A stretch of 16,319 nucleotides of DNA from a virus. This document shows, one piece after another, positions 7,849 through 13,958 of this stretch. A program made the translations under genes and the position numbers. How positions within the stretch are numbered: position 1 is the stretch's first letter; each line of letters starts with the position of its first letter. The stretch is taken from IMG/VR virus record IMGVR_UViG_3300034069_000848, positions 1 through 16,319 of that record; one strand, written 5' to 3'. Under the pieces are notes generated by a model. The model searched no databases. It was given only the letters and a program-made list of their open reading frames with translations, and was not told the origin of the DNA.

Positions 7849-9636
7849 TCAGCGAGCACTGACGACGCGTCGCCGCGACCGCTTGCCGGCGTAGTGCTGG
7901 TCCCAGGCTCGCAGCGCGCGCGTCGCGGCGACCAGCGGGGTGATGTCGCCGCCCTCGGGCCCGACCGCCCACAGCCACTTCCCGCGGTCCTCGCCGCGGA
8001 CCTGGCGGCGCGCTGCGATCCGGACTGCTGCGTTCAGCCCGCCCTGGTCGCCGTGGTGCAGCTCGCCGCGCTCGAGGTCGCGCATGATCTGCACGCAGCC
8101 GGCGGCGTGCTCGAGGTAGGTCTGCACGCGCATCCTCGGGGCGGGCTTGAGGCGGGTCGCCTCGAGCGCGGTCGCGGCGCCCTCGGCGATGTTGTCGTAC
8201 GCGGTGTCGCAGCCCGCGTAGGTGCGGCTGAGCGCCTGCAGCCGCTTCGGGATCCACGAGGTGCCGAGCCGGTGCTCGACGAGCTCGATGAACGCGTGCC
8301 CCTCGTCGTCGCGCCACGCGGCCACGATCGCGGCGGACTCGCCGCCGGGCTTGACGTCGAGCCCGAACGCGACGCGGGTCGGGTGCGGGGCGTCACCGGC
8401 GATCGCTGCGGACAGCTCGTCGTCGACGCCGTTCTCCCACCACTCGAGCGGCACCGCGCGGGCGCCGGCGGTGCGGGGCCAGATCCCCAAGTACTCGCGG
8501 GCCCACTGCGGCAGCCCGCTCTTGTTCGAGCGGTAGCGCTGCCGCATCTTGGCCTCGGTGGTCAGGGTGCCGAGCCCGGGGTGCGAGCGGCGCACGAGGT
8601 CGATCGCGCTGTCCTCGTCCTGCAGCAGCTCCCAGTCGATCGGCTCGGCGTCGACCTCGTACTGGCCCGCGGTGTAGACCGCGCCGCCGAGTCCCTCGTC
8701 GCCCTCGATCAGGCGCACGATCCGCTCCCACAGCGGGCCCAGCCGGGCGGGGCCGGCGGTGCCGGACACCACGACGGCGGAGCCCTCGCGGGTGTCGGTC
8801 AGCGGCTCGAGCCCGGCCATGAGCACGGCGGCCTCCTCGGGGTCGTCGATGTCCTGCGCCTCGTCGATCCAGATGATGTCCGCCGCGTCGCCGCGCACCG
8901 CGTCGGCGTCGGGCTTGTAGACCAGCAGCTGCGACCCGTTCTCGAAGTAGATCCCCTTCCCGACCTCGCCCATGAGGATCCGGAAGCCGCGCCGGCTGCC
9001 CGACCCGTCGCCCTCCTCCTGGCGGTCGTCATTCAGCCCCTCGGTGAACGGCGACGTCGGGATCGGCAGCAGCTCCTCGCCGAACAGCGCCACGAGCTCG
9101 AGGTGACGCCGCTCGGCGGGGGTCTTCCGCTTGCTCGGCTGCCGGGCACGGTTGCGTTTCCACGGCGGCAGCTCGAGGTCGTCGGGCGGATTGATCCGGT
9201 CGAGCGTGGTCTTCCAGTCGCGCAGCCGCCGGCTGCCGGCGACGCCGCTCTGCGCCATGTAGGCGACCATGTAGCCCGGCCGGCACAGGCAGCGACCCAG
9301 CACCTTGGCGAGAATGCTCACCGTCTTGGCGCTGCGGCGCGGCAGCAGGAATACGTAGTCGTCGTTCGGCTGGTCGAGCAAGTCGCTGATGAGCAGCTGC
9401 TGCGGCTTCAGCACCCCGGGGGTGCTCGGATCCGCGGTCGGATCGAAGCGGAGGCCCAGCAGCGCTGCGCCTCGGAGGAACTCGAGGCGCCCCGCGGGGT
9501 CCTCGGCCAGCGCCGAGCGGTACTGCGGCGGCAACGCGCGGTCGCGCCACTCGTTCCACCCGGATAGAGAGAATTCCGTGCTGCCACCAGGCGGAGGTTC
9601 GGACGCAGACTCAAAAACCGGGCTCGTCGACGTCAC
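7849..9636 (-). CDS. terL: Terminase large subunit (595 aa)
   Basis: It has a Walker A-like LLPRRSAKT, a Walker B IIWIDEAQDI, and a C-terminal nuclease-like half. It lies next to the portal region and downstream of an HNH gene. Confidence 0.88.
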   Translation of the reverse strand: MTSTSPVFESASEPPPGGSTEFSLSGWNEWRDRALPPQYRSALAEDPAGRLEFLRGAALLGLRFDPTADPSTPGVLKPQQLLISDLLDQPNDDYVFLLPRRSAKTVSILAKVLGRCLCRPGYMVAYMAQSGVAGSRRLRDWKTTLDRINPPDDLELPPWKRNRARQPSKRKTPAERRHLELVALFGEELLPIPTSPFTEGLNDDRQEEGDGSGSRRGFRILMGEVGKGIYFENGSQLLVYKPDADAVRGDAADIIWIDEAQDIDDPEEAAVLMAGLEPLTDTREGSAVVVSGTAGPARLGPLWERIVRLIEGDEGLGGAVYTAGQYEVDAEPIDWELLQDEDSAIDLVRRSHPGLGTLTTEAKMRQRYRSNKSGLPQWAREYLGIWPRTAGARAVPLEWWENGVDDELSAAIAGDAPHPTRVAFGLDVKPGGESAAIVAAWRDDEGHAFIELVEHRLGTSWIPKRLQALSRTYAGCDTAYDNIAEGAATALEATRLKPAPRMRVQTYLEHAAGCVQIMRDLERGELHHGDQGGLNAAVRIAARRQVRGEDRGKWLWAVGPEGGDITPLVAATRALRAWDQHYAGKRSRRRVVSAR

Positions 9637-9791
9637 GACGTCGCCTCGATCGCGTGCAGCTGCTCGAGCTCGAGGGCGCGCGCCAGGGGCACACCAACCC
9701 GAGGCGCTGCGCCTGCGAGCTTCGCCTCAGCGAGCGGGTCGACGACGTAGTGGCGCCACACCACGTCGAGCGCCCACGGGATGAGGGTCAC
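9633..9791 (-). CDS. Hypothetical protein (52 aa) immediately upstream of terL
   Basis: The GTG at 9791 (V78 of track ORF 9633..10022) starts the gene, and its stop forms a GTGA overlap with the terL start. GC3 is high only downstream of this start. Confidence 0.5.
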   Translation of the reverse strand: MTLIPWALDVVWRHYVVDPLAEAKLAGAAPRVGVPLARALELEQLHAIEATS

Positions 9792-9874
9792 GAGCTGCGC
9801 CTCGACAGGTACTCGAGCTCGATGAGGCTGAACGCGCCGCTGAGCAGCAGCACGAGCACCGAGCACGGTCGGGA

Positions 9875-10012
9875 TCAGCACGGTGCCTCCATCGTGACGA
9901 GGTCGGCGCACTCTACGTGCGCCCAGCCGTCGTCGAGCAGCGCGACGTGCTCGAACGGATCGAAGCACTGGGTGCAGACACAGCACAGCTGCGCGTCGAC
10001 CGCCGGCCTCAC
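9875..10012 (-). CDS. Small CxxC...WxHxxC protein (45 aa; 51 aa if the ATG at 10030 is used)
   Basis: The GTG at 10012 forms a GTGA overlap with the upstream stop. The sequence is VRPAVDAQLCCVCTQCFDPFEHVALLDDGWAHVECADLVTMEAPC. GC3 is high. Confidence 0.55.
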   Translation of the reverse strand: MRPAVDAQLCCVCTQCFDPFEHVALLDDGWAHVECADLVTMEAPC

Positions 10013-10155
10013 CACAGCCCACCCCCGCATCCTTCGGCGTGCACCCAAGCGCTGAACCCCTCGAGTAGCGACGGCACGGTTTCGATCGCGTCGCCGGGTG
10101 CGATGACCTCGCCGCACTCGGCGCAGGTGCCGTACCACTGAGCCAGCCTCACCAT
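10009..10155 (-). CDS. Small CxxC...WxHxxxC protein (48 aa), apparent paralog of 9875..10012
   Basis: The ATG at 10155 (M92 of track ORF 10009..10428) overlaps the HNH stop by 7 nt. The sequence is MVRLAQWYGTCAECGEVIAPGDAIETVPSLLEGFSAWVHAEGCGGGLW. Confidence 0.55.
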   Translation of the reverse strand: MVRLAQWYGTCAECGEVIAPGDAIETVPSLLEGFSAWVHAEGCGGGLW

Positions 10156-10454
10156 GAGCGCATCCCCTTGCCTCGTCGTCGTCGCTGGTTGACCACGGCG
10201 GCGCCAGCGCGGCCGCCGCTGCGCAGGTTGCACCGCGCGTGGATCGGGCCGGTGTTCTCTCGGGTCGGGCGGCCGCCTGCGGCCGCGTCGCGGCGGTGCC
10301 CGACGTGCCAGCCGGTCGGGCCGACGGATCCGGGCGGATCCGGCAGCACGGCGCGGCCGCACTGGATGCAGGGCTGCGGCAGCTGCCGCTCGAGCTCGGG
10401 TCGGCGCCAGGTGGTGAACGTGGTCCACTGTTGCGCGATGTGGTGCCGGCTCAC
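10149..10454 (-). CDS. HNH endonuclease (101 aa)
   Basis: The GTG at 10454 forms a GTGA overlap with the upstream stop. The motif CIQCGRAV...GWHVGHRRDAAAGGRPTRENTGPIHARCN matches the HNH (His-Asn-His, CxxC zinc) signature. Confidence 0.8.
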   Translation of the reverse strand: MSRHHIAQQWTTFTTWRRPELERQLPQPCIQCGRAVLPDPPGSVGPTGWHVGHRRDAAAGGRPTRENTGPIHARCNLRSGGRAGAAVVNQRRRRGKGMRSW

Positions 10455-10753
10455 AGCCCTGCCACCCTCAGCCCGAGGTTCACGAGCAGCAGCACCGACA
10501 GGACCGCGATCGTGACGGTGTGCCGGCGCGCTGCGCGCTTGAGCACGGCGACGTAGCGCTGCCCGGCCGCGATCGCGGCCCGCTGCGCTGCGTTCACCAT
10601 CACGAGCCGCTCGAGGTGCTCGCCGAGCGCCGCCGGGTCGGCCTCGGCCATGTGGTCGCCGTCGTGGCCGGCGGGCAGCGCGCAGACCAGGCCCAGCTGC
10701 GGGATCCGGCGGTCGCAGCGGCGCTCGAGCAGGATCGGGTCGTCGGCGTTCAC
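10451..10753 (-). CDS. Membrane-anchored hypothetical protein (100 aa): Cys/His N-terminal part and a C-terminal TM helix
   Basis: The GTG start forms a GTGA overlap with the regulator stop. The protein has CDRRIPQLGLVCALPAGHDGDH and a C-terminal hydrophobic stretch VTIAVLSVLLLVNLGL. Confidence 0.65.
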   Translation of the reverse strand: MNADDPILLERRCDRRIPQLGLVCALPAGHDGDHMAEADPAALGEHLERLVMVNAAQRAAIAAGQRYVAVLKRAARRHTVTIAVLSVLLLVNLGLRVAGL

Positions 10754-11022
10754 GATGCGACCTCGAGCTGCAGCTCGAGCTGCTCGTGCGCCTCGTCGAC
10801 GTGCGCCGGCACGCTGACCGGCTCACCTGCGATCCACTCGAGGCTGCTCTTGCACTCCCTGGCCCAGGCGAACAGCTTCGGCGCCGTCAGGTCCCGGCCG
10901 CCTCGCTCGACGGCGCTGATCGTGGACACGGACACGTCGATGCGCGCTGCCAGGTCGGTCTGCGAGTAGCCGGCGTCGAGGCGCGCTCGGCGCAGCCGAT
11001 CGCGGTAGCTGATCTCGGTCAT
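10750..11022 (-). CDS. XRE/Cro-CI-type helix-turn-helix transcriptional regulator (90 aa)
   Basis: LRRARLDAGYSQTDLAARIDVSVSTISAVERGGRDLT is a classic HTH_3 pattern. The start forms an ATGA overlap with the upstream gene. Confidence 0.85.
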   Translation of the reverse strand: MTEISYRDRLRRARLDAGYSQTDLAARIDVSVSTISAVERGGRDLTAPKLFAWARECKSSLEWIAGEPVSVPAHVDEAHEQLELQLEVAS

Positions 11023-11582
11023 GCGGGCTTCCTCTCGCCGCAGTAGACGCAGGTGCCATAGCGCCTGCTGAACTCGTGTCGACCGCCGGTCTCAGGGCAT
11101 CGCGCGCGGTCTGTGGTCGCCTCTGTTACTTGATCTATCTGTTCCCCTGTTCCTAGTGCGACAGCAGCTGTCACCCCGTCGACGGCGTGTCTGTCACCCC
11201 GTGACGAGTTATCCACAGGTCCAGGCGGGGTGACAGGTTGTGTCACCCCGTCCAGCTGCGGCTGCTCGGCCGGCGGCTGCCAGCGGTCGAGCGGCAGGAC
11301 GTAAACGGTCGGGGCGTGGTCGCGGCGCATGTTGCCCGGCAGCAGCTGCTGGTCGCCGCGGACGATCAGCCCGGCCTGCTCGAGCTGACGCAGCCCGCGC
11401 TGGACGGTGCGGGCGCTGCAGCCGAGCTCGTGCGCCATGCGGGGCACGTCGCGGTAGGCGGCGCCGGTGTCGTCGTGGTGCGCGTCGCACAGCTTGGCGA
11501 GCACCCGGTACGCGGCCTCGCTGGACTTCATGCCGAGGTCGAGCGGCAACCGGGAACACCAGATCAGGGCTGTGAGACTCAC
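11019..11582 (-). CDS. Winged-helix DNA-binding protein, replication-initiator-like, with a C-terminal zinc-ribbon-like tail (187 aa)
   Basis: AYRVLAKLCDAHHDDTGAAYRDVPRMAHELGCSARTVQRGLRQLEQAGLIVR resembles the HTH_36-type wHTH domains found in phage and plasmid initiators. The C-terminus carries CPETGGRHEFSRRYGTCVYCG. Iteron-like repeats lie inside the gene. Confidence 0.65.
   Translation of the reverse strand: MSLTALIWCSRLPLDLGMKSSEAAYRVLAKLCDAHHDDTGAAYRDVPRMAHELGCSARTVQRGLRQLEQAGLIVRGDQQLLPGNMRRDHAPTVYVLPLDRWQPPAEQPQLDGVTQPVTPPGPVDNSSRGDRHAVDGVTAAVALGTGEQIDQVTEATTDRARCPETGGRHEFSRRYGTCVYCGERKPA
11111..11251. repeat. Iteron-like repeat cluster next to a locally low-GC patch (candidate origin or operator array)
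   Basis: CTGTCACCCCGT occurs at 11168-11179 and 11191-11202, and TGTCACCCCGT at 11241-11251. An inverted copy (GGGGTGACA, 11227-11235) forms a 9-bp perfect palindrome with the last copy. Degenerate CTGT(T/G) units occur at 11111, 11123, 11139 and 11147. I hand-counted 11121-11160 at about 48 percent GC. Confidence 0.55.
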
Positions 11583-11743
11583 CTGCCGCTCTCCGGCCGC
11601 CCGAGGGCCCTCTCAGCCGCTTTCAGGGCATCGGTGGCCCGATCACCCGCGGTGGGGTCTGCTGGGGCCTCCACGGGGCGCTGAGCGCCGAGCACCTCGT
11701 CGACGAGCTGCGGCGGGGTCAGCCCGCGCAGCAGCTTGCCCAT
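11579..11743 (-). CDS. Hypothetical protein (54 aa; below the ORF-track size cut-off)
   Basis: Hand translation gives MGKLLRGLTPPQLVDEVLGAQRPVEAPADPTAGDRATDALKAAERALGRPESGR. GC3 is high, and the stop forms a GTGA overlap with the 11582 start. Confidence 0.5.
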   Translation of the reverse strand: MGKLLRGLTPPQLVDEVLGAQRPVEAPADPTAGDRATDALKAAERALGRPESGR

Positions 11744-11748
11744 GCCCC

Positions 11749-11997
11749 TCACTGCTCGCCTGCCTGCTCGACGTCGGTCGATTCCGGATCCGTGTCGACG
11801 CGCCAGCCGGCGACCTCCATGTCGGCGATCGCCTCCTCGAGCTCGTGCAGGCGCGTCAGGGCAGCCTCGATCAGCTGCGTCGCGGCCTGCTCAAGCGTCC
11901 GGGCGCGATCGCGGTTCTCGGTGTGCAGCTGCAGCAGCTGCTCGCCGCGCTCGTGCTCGGCGCGCAGCGCCTGCAGCGCGACCTCGGACGTGGTCAC
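11749..11997 (-). CDS. Hypothetical coiled-coil protein (82 aa)
   Basis: The GTG at 11997 (V79 of track ORF 11749..12231) forms a GTGA overlap with the upstream stop. The sequence is heptad-like and Glu/Leu-rich (ALQALRAEHERGEQLLQLHTENRDRARTLEQAATQLIEAALTRLHELEEAIADME). Confidence 0.6.
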   Translation of the reverse strand: MTTSEVALQALRAEHERGEQLLQLHTENRDRARTLEQAATQLIEAALTRLHELEEAIADMEVAGWRVDTDPESTDVEQAGEQ

Positions 11998-12215
11998 GAG
12001 CGGGCCGGCTCGACGTCGCGCACGGGCGCCCAGCTGCCGCAGTGGCAGCGGTGCGGCACAGGGCCGGCGTTCAGCACCCCGCCGGCGGGCTGCTCGGGCT
12101 CGTGCACGTGCGACGCGGGCAGCTGGCAGTGGTGCGAGGGTCGGAGGTAGTCGGCCATCAGGTCGCCGGCGGTGGCGTCCGTGGGCCAGGTGACGAGGCA
12201 GGGAGAATGTTCCAT
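11994..12215 (-). CDS. Hypothetical His/Cys-rich protein (73 aa)
   Basis: The start is the ATG at 12215 (M121 of track ORF 11994..12575). Upstream codons in that frame mostly end in A or T, so they look non-coding. The protein carries SHHCQLPASHVHE...HRCHCGSW. Confidence 0.55.
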   Translation of the reverse strand: MEHSPCLVTWPTDATAGDLMADYLRPSHHCQLPASHVHEPEQPAGGVLNAGPVPHRCHCGSWAPVRDVEPARS

Positions 12216-12252
12216 ACGCAGCACCCTGCACGTCGCATCCGACACTTGTCCA
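12216..12252 (-). promoter_or_regulatory. Candidate promoter P2 that would give a leaderless transcript for the 12215 gene
   Basis: On the minus strand, TGGACA (12252..12247) is followed by an 18-nt spacer, CAGGGT (12228..12223), a 7-nt spacer and then the ATG at 12215. It shares the CGGATGCG ... CGTGCAGGG ... ATGGAAC module with 13276-13305. Confidence 0.3.
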
Positions 12253-12364
12253 CGATCCGACGGCGTGTCGGCGAGGTCAGCGGCGCGCCGTGCGTACCGT
12301 CGAGGTACTCGCACTCGACATGCGTAGGGCCCGGCCGCTGGGGGAGCGCGTCCGGGCCCGGGTG

Positions 12365-12456
12365 CAGCTCGCTGGGGGGTTGAGCTGAGAGCGGGGGCCA
12401 CGGTTGCGATCCGTCGCGGTTGTGGCCCCCGCTCGGGGGTCGAGGTTAGCGACCCC
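12365..12456 (-). terminator. Cluster of three GC-rich hairpins at and after the stop codon of the 12446 gene (probable factor-independent terminator or RNA-processing site)
   Basis: There are three hairpins. The first pairs 12436-12442 with 12450-12456 (7 bp, with the TAA stop in the loop). The second is a perfect 13-bp stem, gagcgggggccac (12389-12401) with gtggcccccgctc (12422-12434), holding a 20-nt loop with an inner 4-bp stem. The third pairs 12365-12370 with 12382-12387 (6 bp). Confidence 0.5.
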
Positions 12457-12682
12457 GGCGCCTGCGCGCCAGCTGCAGCCGGCGATCGCAGTCGAGGCAG
12501 ATCAGCTCGTGCCGCCAAGCGCGCCCGACCTGCCGACCGACGTACAGCACGAGGTCGTCGTCGTCGTCGGTGCACTGCACGGTCCGGCCGCAGGCGGCCT
12601 GGTAGCCGCGCCCGGTCGCGCCGGCCAGGTGCAGCCGGTTGTGCCCGAGGCGCACCGCCACGAGCCCCCGCGCGCCCTTCAT
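12446..12682 (-). CDS. Small C4 zinc-ribbon-like protein (78 aa)
   Basis: The ATG at 12682 forms an ATGA overlap with the upstream stop. The motif is ACGRTVQC...(26 aa)...CLDC, with an Arg-rich C-terminus. Confidence 0.6.
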   Translation of the reverse strand: MKGARGLVAVRLGHNRLHLAGATGRGYQAACGRTVQCTDDDDDLVLYVGRQVGRAWRHELICLDCDRRLQLARRRRGR

Positions 12683-12846
12683 GCGGCGACCTCGCGGTCG
12701 AACGCGTCGAGCGCGTGCTTCGGGCCCGCTGCGGCGACGCTGGCGCTGCTGGCGGACACGTGCGACCAGCCGCAAGCGCGGCAGGTCGCGGCGTACTCGG
12801 TGTCGCCGGTGCCGGCGCCCAGGATGTAGTAGTCGATGCAGTGCAT
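12679..12846 (-). CDS. Small Cys-containing protein (55 aa)
   Basis: The ATG at 12846 shares one base with the upstream TGA. The sequence is MHCIDYYILGAGTGDTEYAATCRACGWSHV... Confidence 0.55.
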   Translation of the reverse strand: MHCIDYYILGAGTGDTEYAATCRACGWSHVSASSASVAAAGPKHALDAFDREVAA

Positions 12847-13103
12847 CAGGCGACCAGCTCGAAGCTCGCGACCAGGCGCGCGACGCGGTCGCGGCCGGCA
12901 TAGGCGGCCATGAGGATCAACCTGTGGCAGTGGGTGCACAGCTGCCCGTGCTCGTCGTCGATCGTGCCGAGCGCCTGCTCGAGCTCGACGACGATCGCGC
13001 CGGCGGCCGGCACGTCGACGACGTCGCAGACCGGGATCCAGACGTCGCCGTGCAGGCTGGCCAGGTGCTGCCGGCGGCGGCCGCGGCGCACGAGCGCGAT
13101 CAT
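12846..13103 (-). CDS. Hypothetical protein with a CxxC motif (85 aa)
   Basis: The ATG at 13103 forms an ATGA overlap with the upstream stop. The protein contains ...IPVCDVVD...GQLCTHCHRL... GC3 is high. Confidence 0.6.
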   Translation of the reverse strand: MIALVRRGRRRQHLASLHGDVWIPVCDVVDVPAAGAIVVELEQALGTIDDEHGQLCTHCHRLILMAAYAGRDRVARLVASFELVA

Positions 13104-13282
13104 GCCGGCACCGCCATGAAGTGCAGGCCGATCCCGACGAGGTTGTTCAGCTCGATCGCTTCCTCGCGGTGCTCGCGGTAGCGCACCGCCGAGTCGCCGG
13201 GCTCGGCCGGCGCGGTAGCGAGCACCTCGAGGTGCTCGACGAGCTCGCGGGCGTTCGCGAGCAGCAGCTCCAGAGGTTCCAT
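13100..13282 (-). CDS. Hypothetical protein (60 aa from the ATG at 13282; 63 aa if the GTG at 13291 is used)
   Basis: It is the first gene after the lysis cassette. The sequence is MEPLELLLANARELVEHLEVLATAPAEPGDSAVRYREHREEAIELNNLVGIGLHFMAVPA. The ATG is preferred because it sits in the same ATGGAAC context as the 12215 start. Confidence 0.6.
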   Translation of the reverse strand: MEPLELLLANARELVEHLEVLATAPAEPGDSAVRYREHREEAIELNNLVGIGLHFMAVPA

Positions 13283-13305
13283 GCCCTGCACGCTACGCGC
13301 ATCCG
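13283..13305 (-). promoter_or_regulatory. Candidate promoter P1 (-10-like TAGCGT 7 nt upstream of the ATG at 13282; leaderless)
   Basis: On the minus strand, CGGATGCG (13305..13298) is followed by TAGCGT (13295..13290), which overlaps CGTGCAGGG (13292..13284), and then the ATG at 13282. TAGCGT fits the actinobacterial TANNNT -10 pattern. I found no good -35. Confidence 0.25.
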
Positions 13306-13321
13306 CTCAGTGCGGATACGC
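13297..13321 (-). terminator. Hairpin after the lysis cassette (candidate late-operon terminator)
   Basis: gcgcatccgc (13297-13306) pairs with gcggatacgc (13312-13321): 10 bp with 1 mismatch and a 5-nt loop, 11 nt after the 13332 stop. There is no U-tract. Confidence 0.4.
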
Positions 13322-13331
13322 CTAGTTTAGG

Positions 13332-13958
13332 TCACAGCGGCGAGCTGGTCGGGATGTCCGGTAGGCGCACGATCGCGGTCGGGCTGGTCGACGCGCCGGG
13401 TGCGACCCCGAGCCAGAACGGCGCCGGCGCAGACACTGGCACAGCGGCGGCCGCGGTGGTCTCGTCGACCGGCGGGGTGGCATCCGCGGCCGCCGTTGGC
13501 GCCGTCCCCGCCGGCTCGGAACCGCCGCCCTGCTCCCTGGCAGGGACAACCGGCGGGGCCGGCTCGTCGATGGTAGGCGCGTCCTCCGACGGCGCCGGCA
13601 GCGGATCGTTCGTCGACTTGATCACAGCGACGGTCGTCGCGATCCCGCCGGCGAGCACCCCGACGAGCGGGCGCAGCGGCTCGGGCACGACGGGCTGCAG
13701 CAGCTGCTCGAGCACGCCGTCGGTCGAGGCCCAGGTGAGCAGCCCGGTCAGCAGGAACCCTGCCCCCGCCGCGATCGCCTTCCGATACCGTCGCAGGTTC
13801 ACCCGCGCCCCTTTCCGCTGTAGTCGAACGTCGATCCCGAGCAGCATCGGCTCGAGCTGCTCCCGGTTCAGGCGCAGCTGCCGGCGCACGTAGGCGCCGA
13901 GCAGCACGCTGACGAGGGTCTGCGCGGCTGCTCCTCCGAGCAGCTGCAGCAGATTCAT
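13332..13958 (-). CDS. Holin-like membrane protein with a long Pro/Ala/Thr-rich tail (208 aa)
   Basis: The ATG at 13958 (M126 of the track ORF) forms an ATGA overlap with the endolysin stop. There are three hydrophobic segments: LLGGAAAQTLVSVLLGAYV, AIAAGAGFLLTGLLTWA and LVGVLAGGIATTVAVI. It lies directly downstream of the endolysin. Confidence 0.5.
   Translation of the reverse strand: MNLLQLLGGAAAQTLVSVLLGAYVRRQLRLNREQLEPMLLGIDVRLQRKGARVNLRRYRKAIAAGAGFLLTGLLTWASTDGVLEQLLQPVVPEPLRPLVGVLAGGIATTVAVIKSTNDPLPAPSEDAPTIDEPAPPVVPAREQGGGSEPAGTAPTAAADATPPVDETTAAAAVPVSAPAPFWLGVAPGASTSPTAIVRLPDIPTSSPL

Noticed and set aside
9663-9674. Recurrent CTCGAGCTCGA(G), also at 9812-9822 and near 10764, as possible operators or spacer-repeat structure
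   Set aside because: It encodes Leu-Glu-Leu-Glu in frame using the preferred codons. It is short, palindromic by codon chance, and irregularly spaced.
10750-11582. HTH regulator plus DNA-binding protein as evidence of a lysogeny module or prophage
   Set aside because: There is no integrase, excisionase, partition system or divergent repressor/cro arrangement. All genes are co-oriented, so a temperate lifestyle cannot be supported from the sequence.
12436-12456. Stem with a 7-nt loop that superficially resembles a tRNA anticodon arm
   Set aside because: The stem is 7 bp rather than 5. Loop position 37 would be a pyrimidine. No acceptor, D or T arms can be drawn around it. It contains the stop codon of the upstream gene and is better read as part of a terminator cluster.
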